64,000 bases of DNA from Geosiphon pyriformis uo1 (GCA_016748015.1 JAAOMT010000590.1:863912-927911), one strand, 5' to 3'. Numbered from the stretch's first letter, positions 13,875 through 29,212 are shown. Made by a program: numbers and translations. The notes: a model not told the origin generated them from the sequence alone.

Positions 13875-14746
13875 TTGGGTGGGAGAGGCCAAATTTTTAA
13901 ATTTTGGGATGAGTCATATCAGATTTCAAAACTTTATTTTATAAAATACAATACAAAAATAATTGTCTTTAATTATAATAAACCAATAAGTTATAATTAT
14001 TTAACAAAACTTGCTCTTTATGTATTATGTAAAATATCTTATTAATTATAAATAATTTACAACAAAAAATAGCAACCTGTTATTATTAATAAACTAAATA
14101 CAAAATATTAATACAAAATTACAATTATAAATACAATTTTTTTGTTAAAAATATAAAATATAAAATGTATAAAAACTTAATATTATACAAGTTTAGTATT
14201 GTAAATTAATCAAAAATTAAAAAATTAAAATTAAAATTCAGTAAAAAAATTTATAAATAAAAATATTAAAACTGAAAAAATGATTTTTTTTTAATAATCA
14301 TGTTTTATCTTAAATTAAAAAAAATTTCTTTTCAAAATATAATAATACTTAATAAAACATTATGAAATAAATAAATACAAATATATCAAAAATTGAATTT
14401 TATTAAATAAAATCAAATAAAAGTTTTAATGATGAAACATCATATTTTATTATAAACTAAAATTAGGAAAAACACTTAAAATAATTTTACTAATACAAGA
14501 TTCTTCCACCTATTATTTAACAATGAATTACTCATTAATAAAATAGTGACCTGAGCATTGGAAAGAAAATTAAATTTTCAGATGATATATAAATTCGGAA
14601 TTGCCGTAATTTCTGTTCCAGTGGATAAATCAGCAGTCTCACAACCCACTCTAAGTACTGTTCTAATTGAGTCCGGGAAAAATATTGAAACGAAGAGAAT
14701 AAAACAATAAAATAATAAATAAAGTCTCAAATAACCATGAGCCTAT

Positions 14747-17140
14747 CTATAGAACAGGAGGTGTAGGCTTTTTACTTTGCTTTCTATTTGCCTTTTTATC
14801 TTTTGATTTAGACGAAGTTGATCCTTTGTTTGCGCCGCCGAAATTTTCCTTAAATTCCTCTGCCTTTAGGTCTTCGATTCGTTTGAACAGGTATTCAGCT
14901 TTGCCTAATCGATGGCCAGCCTCGATATCCATAGTCCAAACGTCTGGAATGTCTCTCGAAGGTGTGTTCAGTTGCCGATTGATGGAATCACTGGTTGATG
15001 GCATATAGGGTCCGAACAAAGCAGATAACAAATAGATCAGATTAAGGGCGACTCCAATAACAGTGCCGCATCTTTCAGGATGATTGTCGAACAATGAGTT
15101 ATCCAACTTTGACTCCTGTAGATAATGGTTCCCCTGTCGCGATATCTCCATAGCACTTTCCAGACCCGCGCGAAGTTTCACATTTTCTAGTGAGTTGACA
15201 TAACTCGTCAACTGGGTGTTGACAAGAGCGATTAATTGCTGCTCTTGCTCGCCAATCGAATACGTCGGTACGATGCCCTTATATTTAGCTGACGCAAATT
15301 TGATTACACGATTGACAAAATTGCCGAGGTTAGCGAGTAGTTCGTTGTTATTTTTTGTGATGAATTCTTTCCATGTGAACATTGAATCATTTGATTCCGG
15401 TCGACTGGAAATAAGATAATACCGCCATGCAGCTACGGGAATTCCAGTATCTTTTGCACTATTTCCGAAAACACCAATATTACGTGATTTTGAAAATTTG
15501 TCATTTTCATAATTGAGATATTCTAAGAATAATAATCAAAATTTAGAGAGTGTATGAATAAAAATCCATGAGGAAAATCCATACTTACCTGTTGTACTTA
15601 TATGGTGTAATAAAGTCCATTCTCCACCAGTTCCTATTAAAGAGCTAGGAAATATCACCGTGTGAAATGGTACATTATCCTTTCCCATAAATTGATACAA
15701 CTTTACATCGTTTGGGTTTTTCCACCATTCTTCCCAATTTTCCGTGTAGTTGGCAGTTATAGATAGGTATCTAAAATAAAAGCGTTAGATATGAGTATAT
15801 ATGATAACGCCATTTCATTTAAAAGGCCAAGGTTTCATAGTGAACACACCCAATAGGAGCGTCGAACCAAACATAAAAAACCTTATTCTTCATTTCTTCG
15901 AGTGGGACAGGAGTTCCCCATTTTAGATCCCGTGTAATACATCGTGGTTTTAGACCTTCTTTTAGCCATGATTGTGTAATGCTGATTCCATTCGGAGACC
16001 AATTACCCTCTACACTAGTTTTCTCTACCCATTTTTCAGTTTCTTGCTGTAGTTTTTTCAAATCCAAGAACATGTGTTTCGACTCTTTGGTAATTGGAGT
16101 ATTTCCATCCAATTTACATCGTGGGTTGACCAATTCAATCGCATTAAGCAATTGGCCGCAAGAATCACATTGATCACCACGTGCATCCTTTTTTCGAAAG
16201 ATTTTGTCAAGAAAGTGAAGAGATAACCACGAACAAAAGTGTTAAAGGCACATACTTGATAACTGCATTTTGGGCATGTACCCTCAACAAAACGATCTGC
16301 CAAAAATCTGTAAATATTTTGCGATTATTAAAGTCAAAATTTCGAGTTAAGGAAGGTGAAAGTGAAAAGTGAAAATAAAAGTGATAGATTTACCGTGAGC
16401 ATTTTTCACAATATAATTGAACCATAGTATCCTCCATCAAATATCCACGTTGATTCAACTTTAAAAAGATTTCCTGAGCGATTCTAAGCAAATCCAAAAT
16501 ACTTCATGTTAAACATTCTCCAATCAAACAAGATAAATTTTGAATACGAATTCTTACTGAGTCTGTTGTGGAGTAGTTGTTCTTCCGAAATAATCAAATC
16601 CAATATCAAACCATTGATAGACCTCAGCATGAAGAGCATTGTACTTGTCACAAAGTTCTTGACACGAGATTCCTTCCTCAATAGCTTTTGTCTCTGTCGC
16701 CGTACCATATTCGTCAGTTCCACAAATATATAAGGTGTTATATCGACGAGCACGGGCATACCTATTTCGAAAGTGGCTTCAATACTTTTGAAACTGACCT
16801 TTTTCAAAGCAACAGTGAGCAAATAAAATGATAAAAAGTACCTGGCAAATACATCAGCGCTCAAAACACTACCGATTATGTTACCCAAATGTGGAATATT
16901 ATTCACATAAGGCAGTGCACTTGTGATTAAAACGTTGCGAGCACCTTTTATTGGAAGACTATAAGGAATTCGATAAGGAAAGGTAACATAGCTGCTTGTT
17001 ACTTATGTAAATAAGAGAAAAACAAAAACAAATAGAAAGGGTGTTGCTTACATTTTCTTGTCAGTTTTTGTCTCTAATACGACACGAGAGTTGACTTTAC
17101 GTCCTTCGAAATGGTTTGACGCTGAAGCCGTGGAAGCCAT
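14747..17140 (-). CDS. MES1: Methionyl-tRNA synthetase, cytosolic type, multi-exon
   Basis: [20 protein letters not shown] (HIGH-type motif), [14 protein letters not shown]...DARGDQCD zinc knuckle, [49 protein letters not shown]. Confidence 0.95.
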
Positions 17141-18617
17141 AATTTACAAATAAATAAATTAAAACTCAACTTTTGATCACCAAGTGAAAGTCGGAAAAAG
17201 TACGTAATTAGAACGAATTTATAGGTTTTCGAAAATTTTTTTGAAGAATCTTATTGGTTAGAATTAGGTAAATTGTGATTATCGGGGCAAAAAATTATCG
17301 GGGCCGGATATAATGGAATTGTTTTTCTGCTAAATTGTATCACTTTATAAAAAAATACAATATTAAATGATATTATATTTTTAAGAGCAGAGACCCTGAT
17401 AAAGACATTATAATATTTAGAGTATTGTTAAAAAAACATAAAAAAAACCAAAACCTGAAAAAATTGTGAAAAATTATGATGGTAAATACATCATCTGTTC
17501 AAATAATTTTTTTTTTTTCTTTGAATAAAACAATTGAGGCGCGACAAGACAATTTTTTTTAGCACTGAATTTGAATATTTAATTTAATCGAATTAAATAT
17601 TGAGATCGGTCAAAAGCTTTCAATTAAACTTACTAATTGAGAGTTTGGACAATTGCAAAAAAATTTTCTTTTACTTTTTATTTTTTTTCAATTTTCTAAT
17701 ACTGAAATAACTTTGTTTATTATTGAAAAAAGTAAAATTTAAAAAAGGTGCCGAGACGTTAATTATTATAAAATTAATTTTATTTTTGTAGTGTGAAAAT
17801 AAATAAATTACTGTTTAAAAAAAATTCTTTATTGAGATGAGAGAATAATCAAATCTTTAAAGTCTCAATAGTGTGAACCCTGGAGTCTAACATATCTGAT
17901 AACAAAGAATGGATACCTTCTGAAATCAATTAAATAATTTCTAAATATTATAAATGATGGAGAAAGTTTCAATGATTAATAGAAACAGTTATTTATTATT
18001 TACATATTGAAATCACTCTCATTAGAAAAATCTTTACTCTTTCTTGGAATAGGAAAAATCTTTACTCTCTCTTGGAATAGGAAAATTAAGCTTAACTACT
18101 TGACAAGATTCGATAGGTTTACTGGAAAATTTAATTTAACACTTCCCAATATATATAAGACATCATAAAGCTTTGTTAATGGTCAAATTTATAACAAAAA
18201 CCGATATATAACTATCCTGTTCAATTCATATCTCTACTTTTTTTTTTATATCATACAAACTTTACGATAATTTTTCTACTAAAAATATCAAACGCATTCA
18301 AAAAAACAAATTTTGAAATTGCTAATTATTATTATACTATATGTTAAAAACAAATTATATTATGAACTTTCAACTCAAATTTTCAATGTGAATGGTTCAA
18401 TATTTTTTTCAACTAAACAAGTTTTAGACTTTTCAAAAAAAAAAAATAATTTTACCACAATAAACGCAAAATCCAGTGTTATGCTTTAAGAGCAGCTTAC
18501 CCCAAAAAATTCTGAATAAAATCAATTCATCTCATAAAAAACTGCTCAAACATGATCACAGTATTTAAAATTGATAAGCTTTTCCCACAATAGGAGAACA
18601 GAATGATATATGTATTC

Positions 18618-18648
<31 letters not shown>

Positions 18649-18649
18649 T

Positions 18650-18689
<40 letters not shown>

Positions 18690-19467
18690 CATAAGTGTTT
18701 GCAAAAAAAACAAAATTTACATACAAATACAATTTAAATTGTTGTAGAAGTGAGTTCAGAGTTAACTTAAACGAAGCCATGAAGGTAATTAATTGTTTGA
18801 TGAATAAGAAAACGTTAAATAAATAAATAAATAAATAAAAAAGAAAAATTTTAAATATACTAATAATGGGGTTGGTGAAGAATCTTGATGACAATAGGTA
18901 ATAGGTAAAAGATAACAGTTCTATTTCTTTTGGCTTATAATTGGAAAGTGCCAATTTTAATTTTATCTCCCGATTATTCATATAATCTACAGGCTAAAAC
19001 AAAAATACTACAAAAGACGCTCTACATCTCTATTGACTAAAAATACCCTAATACTTTTAATGTGAAACGATTTACAAATAAATATAGTGTGATCTAGGTG
19101 AACAAAAGACCCAATCAAGAATTATGTGAACGAGGGAATTAGGATTAAAAATAATTTCATTATATCTTAAAATGGATATAAAGAAGTTTCAGACCAAATG
19201 TCTTTTCGTAATTGGGACTCAAATCCAGTGTAAGAAGAAAGGCATTAGAAAATCCGAACAGAACCTCAAATTTGGCTCGGATGTTTTAGAAAGTTTTCTG
19301 ATTCCCGAACTCGGACGCCAAAAAAAAACCTCGACCTGCAATAAGCCGGTTGTTTTCCTCATTATCGAGTCACCGCGATCGTCAAACACTACATCCTTAC
19401 ACGGTAAAACTCGGACAAAAATGTTTTTATAATAATTGAAGCTTTCGAACTTTGTATGGGCATAATT

Positions 19468-22400
19468 CTAGAAGCACATGAACTTGCTTCGTTTTGCAAT
19501 CAATTCTTCCATACGGCTCTCCAAGGCCATTTTAGCACGCTCGGCTTTCTCCTTGGCTTTTCGTTCTTCCTCAATATAACTTTCTAATGCTTTCTTTTCT
19601 TCTTCTACATTTGATTTTGTGGTCTCTACTTGATCTTTAGCTTCCTCCAGTTGAGTTCTAAGACTCTTTACTTGATCAACGAGATCAAGCTTCTCGCGTT
19701 GTAATATACTTAGTTGCTGCTTCGCGATTCTCATATTGGTTTCAGACTCGCTGATCTGGGATTCAAGTTGTTCTTTTTCCTGGCGATGTTGGATATTTTC
19801 ACCTTCCATTTTTGCTAGTTTCTTGTGCAGCTTGTGTATCTCTAGTGAGAGATCATCTCGTGTGCCAGAATCAGATGCGTTACTTCGTGACATTGAAGAT
19901 TCAGATCGTGGTGGTAAAGGTGATCTTGGTGGGGGTAGAATTGGTGTATTGTACCCAAGTATTGGGGGTGTGCCAGGACCTTGAGGGATCGGAGGTAATG
20001 ATGTGGTGGGAGGAGGAGGTAAGGGTAAATTAGGTGGTGGCGTTGGGGGTGGGGCTTTTGCAAGGTTACCAACAATATTGGATCGTAATGAAATTTTAGT
20101 AGGTTTCGTCACATCTGAAGAAGACGATGACGTTGAGACGGTCGACATTCGGAATCCTCCGACTGCATCCAGGTCTGCACACATTCCCATACCATAATTT
20201 GATGGTGTTCCACGCGGAGAGTTATCGCCATCACCATTCCTATGTTCAAAATCACCATTTTTATCGTGTGGAGATTTGACATGTGAAATCGGTTGGGGAA
20301 TACCGGACTCATGACGCATTCCTTTGGGAATGTCGTTTTTCGGGCTTGCAAGACCACTACTTAGACTATCCCTTGGGGTGTTTGGCGTTGAAGATGTAAA
20401 TCCAGAATCACGTGAAGTTAACCTGGCAGCAAGAGCCAATGCGCTAGCTTTGTTGGCTTTCATTTTTTTCATTTCTTCTTCAAGTTTTTGATTAATCTCC
20501 TTTAATCTTGTAATTTCTTGCTCGAAAATCGTAGTGTCCTCCGTCGTTCGGTCTTTACAATCGGCAAAAATCGAATTGACATTCTTCATTTTATCCTCAA
20601 GTTCATCCGATCTATTCACCAGCTTTTCGTTACCATCAACGGCCATCTCGACTGATTGCCTTAATGCATTCACCTTTTGATCAAGCATGCCACCATCTTT
20701 AAGGAAAGACTCTTCAGAATTCTCTAATCTCTCTTTTACTGTTTCGTTGGTCTCCGATCGGACTCGAGCAAGTTCACTCTCCAAAAATTTGACTTTATCA
20801 TCTGATTTCACAATCTTTGCCGTCAACTCGTCATTAGTTTGACGAAGGCTTTCGTTGGCTACCGCAAGTTTGGCTAATGTTGTATTGGTTGGTCCAGAAC
20901 CACGAGATTGGGTGGCCTCATCACTTGGTGTTGTTGAATTCTGAAAAGCATTTTTCGCCATCTCCAGGGCAGTCTGTAATTCACTGATACGATTTTTTTG
21001 TTGTTTGGAGTTCTCTTCAGCTTCTTCGTATTTTGAGGCTGCCTCGGCAAATTCTTCCGCTAAAGAATTAAGATCATCTTGAAGTGTCTTGATTTGTTGA
21101 GTGTAGTCGTGAATATCAGAGTATTTTTCGGATTCCAGTTTTTGGGTTGCTTTTTCCAACTCGACAACGCGATCTCGATATGATTTAGCCTCATCGTGTG
21201 CCTTTCTCAATTCATCTACCATGGCATCATCGATCGATTCATACCTTTGAATAAAAGCTTCAGTTTGAGCGTCATCAATTTTGTGTTGTAATTGGATACA
21301 TTCGTCTTTTAATGCTTCAAGTTCTTGGTTGGCCTCTTTTAATTTGGCAGTCTCTTGGTCACGGAGTTTCTCAGTATCTTGAAGTTTACTTTCGAGACTT
21401 TTTATACGACGATCATGTCTGGACCCGGCCGCTCTTACTTCCTCGAGCTCCATTTTTGTCAGTGTAACAATTTCTTGTACCTCACTCAATAGCTGTTTAT
21501 TTAAAAGACCTTCCTTTTCTTGATCTTTCAATTCAGCCTCCATTTTTGTCTGCTTGGATTCAGCTTGAGCCAATTGTTCTGTCAACCTTTCTACATGATC
21601 ATGATCCGGGCTACTGTCAAGGTCGGCAAAAGTGGACAGCTTACTTTCGGTCTCTGTCAGCTTGGTCTGTAATTCTTTTACCAACTCGGCTTGTTTTTGG
21701 CCCAACTCCGAGGAAGTATCAAGTTGTTCGGATACTGCTCTGGTTCTTAATCGAGATTCAACGTCTGCAAGTTTAGCCTCAAGTTGTTTAACACGTCCGG
21801 CTTCTTTGGTTTCCGAGGTTCTAACCATCTCAAGCTCTAATTTAGTCTTTTGAACTGAAGCTTCCAACTCAGATACAAGAGTGTCCTTAACGGCAAGTCC
21901 TTGTTCTTTTTCTTTGAGCGCAGTGATCGCTTCTTGTAGTTTTTCCTCCAGTTCGGTAATTAACGCAGCACGTTTGATATCTGTAGATTTTGCTTTACTC
22001 AATTCCGATCTCACCATGCCGAGGTTATCTTCTAAACTGATTATTGTCTCCTTTGAAAGTTGCCAACTGACCTTGGCTTGAGCAAGCTCGGCTTGCATAT
22101 CGGCCAGGTTTGATTCGAGAGAGTCAACAGTTTCAATGTGTTTTATTTCAGCTTCTTCTAGCGTACGTTTAAGTTCGTTAACTTGGGTTACTTTTTCGTC
22201 TCGTTGTTTCTCGATAGAAGTGACTTGTGTTTCAAGTTCGGCCAAGATTTCATTTTGTGCTTCCATTTCCAATCTTGCGTTGGTCAATTCTTGTCGCACT
22301 GCATTAATATCACTATCTCCACCGACTTTGTATGAGGAAATCTCAATTTCCAATGCTCGGACCTTTTTCTCTTGATCTTCTCTTTGCCTTAGCGTATCAG

Positions 22401-25400
22401 TTAAAAGACGAGAAAGTTCATCATATTCCTGCGAGTTGTTTTCGAGGTTCCTTTTAGAATTAGACAGTTCCTCTCTCAAGTCTCGAAGTTCCCGGTCAAG
22501 TTGATTGGTAATCCCTTTTTGGTCAACATAATCACTTTTTGCTGTTTCAAGTTCTTTTATGGCTTCATCCCTGGCATTTTTCAATTCTTGCAAATCAAGT
22601 TCCCAGCTAGCTTTCAATTCTTTCATTTCCGCAGTCAAGGCTTCTTCGCGATTTTGAGCTTCGCCTAGTTTTGTTTTTAATGCTTCGGCCTCGGACTCTT
22701 TGGTCTTCAATTTTTGTTGCAAGAGACTTTTATCGATCAAATCACGTTTCAACATATCGATCAACTCATATTTACGACGGATATCCGATTTCAGAATAAC
22801 AAGTTGTTCTTGCAACGCAACCACAATATCTTGTTCACCTCGCAAGCTTTCGATGGCTTCTGCTTTGCTCGCTAATTCCTGTTGTAAAATCTCAAGTTTT
22901 TCTTGAAGAGAATCAACGGTTCTTTGTGTGGGGTCGTTGACATGAAAATGCGAATTTCGAGGGGTTGGGACATGCTGTCCATCTTTAGCCTTTATGAGTT
23001 GTGATTCCAGATCTTTCATTCTAGCCTCCAGAGATTTGAAAAATATTTGACTTTCAGCCGTCTCTGGCTTTTCATCGGGCACTGATAAGCCATGGGATCG
23101 CTTTTCTTCGACCGTACGACGATGAGCTTCTCGTAGCTCTTGTAGCTCATCTTCCAGGCGTCGAATATTATTTTGATGATCGATTGAAGGGAGCAATAAC
23201 GTTGCGATAGTATGACTTTTGGCTTCAATATCACCTTGCAGCTTTTCAATTTGTTTACGAAGAACCAAAGTTTCATCCTGTTGAGGTGAAGACGTTTCTG
23301 CTGCCTCTTGATCTTTATTTTCATCGCTTTCAATTGACGTGGTGACACCTTCAAGACGGGCAACAGCTTCGGCCAAGTTTTCTTGACGTTGAATTTCTTG
23401 GGCGTCAGCTAATTTTTCTTCAAGTTCATTGACCTTGGCTTCAAGCTTCAAAACATGCTCATGGGTAATTTCAGTTTGAATCTCAGCAGAAACCACCTCT
23501 TCTTCATTTGCTTCAGCATTACGTAATTCAGCTTTTAATTGTTCAATTTCTGACTCAAATTTTAACACTTGATCATCATTGCCAAGTTTTTGACGTTCGG
23601 AAAGCGTTTCCATAGTACGTCTTTGTGCTTCCTTAAGAATTTCGACCTCATCACGGAGACGTTGTACGATATCAAGTTGATCAATCTCGCTAGTGGTAGC
23701 CGAGTAACCTCCATCATTATATTCAGATGAGGTCATAATTGACATTAGCTCAACTTGAGCGATAGCATCACGTTTCTTAATTTCGTGCCGAAGTTCTTCA
23801 ACAATATCGAGAGTTTCACGATGACTCATTTCGAGTTTGGCAAATTCTTTTTTAACAGCATCAAGTCCTTTGGCCTTATCGTCATGCAAGGATTCCAGTT
23901 GTTTGAGCTCAATCTGAAGATTTTGAACGATGGCCGCGCTTGCGAGATCTCTTTTCTCGGCACCTTTGATCTCGGCCGATAAAGATCTGGCCTTTCGATG
24001 AGTAACTCTATTGGCCGCATCTATCAGAGGATCTGTTTCTTGTTCAGCTTGTAGACGAGATGGAAAAGTGGCTGCACCGGCGGGGGGGGTCATCGGGGTG
24101 GCTGGTTGGACTTTAAAATGTTCATTAATATCAATTTCCATCAATTTCGCTTCGTCGAGATGCTGGTGCAACTCATCAATTTCCCGAAGACAAACATGAT
24201 ATTTTGCTCTGATCTCGTTGAGATTTGCCAAAGTATCTCCATGATTCTGCCGAAGAATAGAAAGTTTCGATTCGAGACCTGCGATAATGAGACGATCAGT
24301 TGTTTCAACAGTTGGTGTTGGAGTGTTAGAAGTGGGTGGAGTAGAACACGGTGTATCCTCATCCGAAACATTGGAAGAAGTCGACGAAAGAGAACGCTCA
24401 TGAATCATGTCATTCTCATGTTCCTTTAATTTTCGAAGTTTATCAACTTCACCAATTAACTCTTCAACCTTATTTTCTAACATGGTGATTCTTCGATCCC
24501 TATCGTTAATCTCACTTAAAAGCATTTTACGCTCAGCGTCACTTTCAAGATGCTTCAATTTAGCTTCCAGTTCCTGATAAGATTCTTCACGCTCCGCCAA
24601 CCTCTTTTCAAGTTTCTCCGCATTCTGAGAAATTTTCGCCATTCTATCGTCAGTCTTGGTCAAACGCATTTCAAGATCTTGAATATAACATTCACTGTTT
24701 GATCCGGCGGTTTTGAGTTGAGTAATCTTGCTCCTCAGTTCTGATATCAATTCTTGATCTCTCTTCTGTTCAACAGAGTGACTTTCCAATTTAAGCTCAA
24801 GATCTTTGATATAATGTTCGGTGGTAGCTTCTCTTTCATGCAATTTCGAGATCTTATTTTTCAAATCTCCAATCAAATTTCTGTTTTGATCATTTAATTG
24901 TTCGACCTCAAGTAATTTGTTCTCCTGCTCTTGCATCATCGTCTCGGTGTGATTTAGAGCAGCACGAGAGAGTGCAAGTTGACTTTCCAGAGAGGAAATA
25001 GATTTTTCATACTCTTCAATCACAGGTTCTACGGCTTCTTGGAAGCTATTGGAAGCACGAAGCATAAAATTTTTCTCCTCCTCTTCCTTGACCGCCGCTA
25101 AAGAATTGTTAGCGTCCAAAGTTGTGGTGAGTTTTAAGTTTTGAACCCCATCAGCATTATCCTGATGCTTCGCCAGTTCAGCGTTAGCTTTGGCGAATTT
25201 TTGTGAAAGTTCGAAATAAGATTGTTGAAGTTGAAGCAGTTGTTCTTCGAGCAGTTCAAGATCTTTATCTTTAGATAGATTAGTGTTGGAATTTGAATTA
25301 ATACTTAGAGGTGTGGATGGTCGTCGAAGATGAGTGGGTGTATCTCGGCCATTTAAAGTTGATGGAGTACTTCTACCTGAACCAGTGTTTATGCCACTAC

Positions 25401-25804
25401 CAGCCTTTATAGCTTTAATCTCGGCACGTAATTTTACCACAAGGGCTTGTAAATGTTCAAGATCTTGCCAGCCTGATTCTTCTTGATTGACGACAGCTAG
25501 ATTCTTAATATTACGAGCTCGATTTGCATATTTTAAGGTGTTCACTGTTTCATTCAAATTGAATTCCGCCGGGGAGACACAAGCGATCATGAGTGTTTGC
25601 GCATTACCACCAAGGGAATCTTGTAGTAGTCGAGTGAGCTTAGAGTCTCGATAAGGAATATGAGTTACATGTTTTGCTCTATTCGGATCTCCTAGTGCAG
25701 AGATCACATTGCCTAATGCGAGTAGACCAGAATTAATAGAAATTCCTTCTTTTACACGTTCCCCCGTTGCCGAAGTTCTTTTTAACTGTGATTATAAGTA
25801 GGAA

Positions 25805-25836
<32 letters not shown>

Positions 25837-26762
25837 AGGGGTTCAAATCAGAGATTTGGTTAAAAAAAATTAAGATTGTGATTGGTTTGGATCAAGATTT
25901 AAAATGTTTTCCAAAGTTCCAAAAGAGTCGAGAAACTTGTATTATATGAAGTGACGACTACTAGTTCGATAGTAAATTTTTCCCTCAAATCAATTATTTC
26001 ACTAAATAAATAATGAATCACTTACTCTTTCACTACCAGCCAAATCTACAAAATGAAATTTACTTGTACACGAAACCCAATCTCCTTCATCAAATCGTTT
26101 ACTCATTCTAGAATTTGACCTGGTTGGGGTTATCATTCGGGAAGGCGTCGAGGGACGATTAGTTGATAATGGAGTTGGTGGGGTCACAATTGGACTTGCG
26201 GAAAGACCGTTCGCAGGGACGAATTTTTGTTGAATTAGTGTGACTGAAAAAATAGCGTGAGATCGTGATGATTGTGCATTCATATCTGTCGCACCAACTT
26301 GTCGATTTAATGAGCCACGTGCCAAATGACTAGAAAATCAATTGAAACAAAAAAAGGTTAAAATAGGATCAATATTAATATATATAAAGATTTCTCTCTC
26401 AGAATGAGGATCCAATATTTACCCTGTTACTTCTTCCGCTGAATTGACTCGAAATTCTTGAAGACCACTCCATAAGATATTTCCTTTAGAGTCTTCTCTA
26501 ATCGTAACTTGTGGTCGAGATTCAGAATCTTGTTCAGCCAAAAGATCAATTAAATCTTCATTGTATATTTCGATAAATGAAACTTTGATTGTAAACTTTC
26601 GTGATTTGTATTGTGCCGAGTTAACATTTGAGAAAAGAGTGTTCATTGCACGAGGTATTATCCCTTTTGTTTCGGGTAATTGATTCATATGATCCGCTGT
26701 ACCCATTGTATGTGTTTTGCCAGAAGAAGTTTGACCATATGCGAGGATTGTTACGTTGTAAC
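19468..26762 (-). CDS. Kinesin-4-like (KIF4/KIF21/KIF27-like) motor with a very long coiled-coil tail; 5' exon(s) missing; visible exons 26762-26423, 26329-26026, 25785-19468
   Basis: P-loop [19 protein letters not shown], switch [12 protein letters not shown], switch [26 protein letters not shown] and [20 protein letters not shown], followed by ~2000 aa of heptad-rich sequence. The first ~80 aa of the motor are not visible (N gap at 26963-27294). Confidence 0.9.
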
Positions 26763-26962
26763 CTAAAAAAAAAGTAAATTGAAGAAAGGAGGAATATTTA
26801 ATAAATGGTTTAAATTTTTTTTTTTTTCGAAAGAATGTTTAAAGAGATTTCAACGATATTCTTTGGAGTTCATTTTTATAAAGAACAATGAACATGAAGG
26901 AAAAAATCATGAAAAACTCGATATAAAAAAAAAAAAAAAAAAAAACTTTTTTCCCAAAAAAG

Positions 26963-27294
26963 NNNNNNNNNNNNNNNNNNNNNNNNNNNNNNNNNNNNNN
27001 NNNNNNNNNNNNNNNNNNNNNNNNNNNNNNNNNNNNNNNNNNNNNNNNNNNNNNNNNNNNNNNNNNNNNNNNNNNNNNNNNNNNNNNNNNNNNNNNNNNN
27101 NNNNNNNNNNNNNNNNNNNNNNNNNNNNNNNNNNNNNNNNNNNNNNNNNNNNNNNNNNNNNNNNNNNNNNNNNNNNNNNNNNNNNNNNNNNNNNNNNNNN
27201 NNNNNNNNNNNNNNNNNNNNNNNNNNNNNNNNNNNNNNNNNNNNNNNNNNNNNNNNNNNNNNNNNNNNNNNNNNNNNNNNNNNNNNNNNNNNNN
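26963..27294. other. Assembly gap (N run) flanked by poly-A and poly-G
   Basis: Run of n. Further gaps at 32706-32998 and 33232-33339. Confidence 1.
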
Positions 27295-27494
27295 GGGGGG
27301 GGGGGGGGGGGGGGGGGGTTAAGGAATAAAAAGAAAGAAAAAAGTTTTGTGGACCACGCCGTCCTTTTGTAAAAATTTACTTTAAGAAAGTTTTAGAGAA
27401 AAAAAGGTAACTTTTTTTTTTTACAAAGTTATTTTTTAGAAAGTCGTTCGTCGTCGTCGTAGTCGTCGGGGCTCGTTCTTTCGTTGAAGTTGAA

Positions 27495-27562
27495 TAGGAG
27501 TAGCAGTAGCAGTAGCAGTAGCAGTAGCAGTAGCAGTAGTAGTAGTAGTAGCAGTGGTAGTA
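27495..27562. repeat. Microsatellite (TAGCAG)n/(TAG)n
   Basis: Direct reading. Confidence 0.95.
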
Positions 27563-27811
27563 ACAACAGAAAACGGTAGTGATTGAAAAGTTGTGTGAAC
27601 GAAATAATGAATATTAAAGCATTGATTGGTAAAAGTTTTATGTCACGCAAAAATTATCTACAGTTATCTGTATTATATTATATTGTAGTGTTCTTTCACT
27701 ATTTGTAATGAGTGTTCTTTAAGTTTTCTCTGTGTGTTCGTGCGTCTATTCTAGATCAACCAAAAAAGATAACCATTTACGAACGCCAAAAAGGAAGTGA
27801 GTTTAGCATGC

Positions 27812-27920
<109 letters not shown>

Positions 27921-28596
27921 TGAATTTAAATATACCTTGTGTGTTAAATTTTTAACTTTGATGTGGTGAGATTCTAATTTATTAAATATTTAGATTGACA
28001 AAATGGTGAAACATTTCAAATAAAACTCAATTTCAAATATAAAATTAAAACTTTTTCATCATAATAAAATCCAGTAAAAATGAAGAAAAAAAAATAAATT
28101 AAATTAAAGCTAACCATTGGTGCATTTTAACATTTAAATAAAAGAATTTAAAAAAAAAAAAAAAAAAAAATTGATTTGATTTGATTTGATTTGAAACATT
28201 GAAAATTGAAAATTGAAATGATTGGATTTCTGAAGACACAAAGCTAGCTTGCATTAGTGAACATTTGCACATATTTTTACTCAGGTTAGGTATGGCAGTT
28301 TTTGACACCACTTACCATATTTTATTTTTCTCGTGCTTGGGTTCCCATATTGGATTGTTCAACCGTTGGGGATAAAATTAAAATTATAAATATTTCATCA
28401 ATCAATCAAACTCAAAAGCTTTTTTGATTGTCTAGCAACATAGGCTGAAATCCGTAAATAACTGCAGAATCAAACTATTGTACAACCTACTACTGCACTA
28501 CTATCATTCCCCACATCATTAATGATTACTCCTCATCACCCATTTCTATTATTGTTGGAAAATTTAAAAGCGTAAAGTTTCTTTTTTTATAATAGT

Positions 28597-28628
<32 letters not shown>

Positions 28629-28633
28629 ATTGT
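28597..28633. repeat. Microsatellite (GTT)n
   Basis: Direct reading. Confidence 0.95.
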
Positions 28634-29099
28634 TAAGTTTCCCTTTTCTAAATTCTTAAAAGTTGAAAAAAAAAAAAAAAAAATTTCTTTCCCATTTTTG
28701 CTCATGAATCGGTTTGATTATGCGTTTGGCATGTGAGAATACGTAATTTTTAAGGTATAATGAATAAAGGATAAATTTCTTAAAAATGTTCGAGAGTTTA
28801 ATCAAGTTAAAAAAAAGTTTATCATTTATAAGTTATCTCTTATTATTTACTTTATTAAATGTTTTAATCAAAAATCTTTGAAAATCTAAATATTTAACGA
28901 TCAAAATCTATTGAACTTTAGATAGGAGTAAATCTTTAAAAAGTATGTTTTTCATTTTTTTACCCGAATAAATTTCAATTTATTTATTGTCAAAATATTG
29001 AAACTCATTTTTGAAATTATTTTAATTTTAATAATGTCACGGAAAGTATTTGTAAAGGGGATTTTCAAAAAAAAAAAAAAAAAATGATCTTTTGTTTAT

Positions 29100-29165
29100 C
29101 AATAATAAAAATTATCAATTAATCAAATCAAAAATTTTTATCAATTATTTGTTGATGATTTTAAA

Positions 29166-29212
<47 letters not shown>

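Noticed and set aside
18026-18085. Tandem ~29-bp duplication (aaaaatctttactct..cttggaatagg)
   Set aside because: A two-copy slippage duplication with no evidence of function.
26779-27372. ORFs spanning N runs (also 32640-33364)
   Set aside because: Artefacts of assembly gaps.
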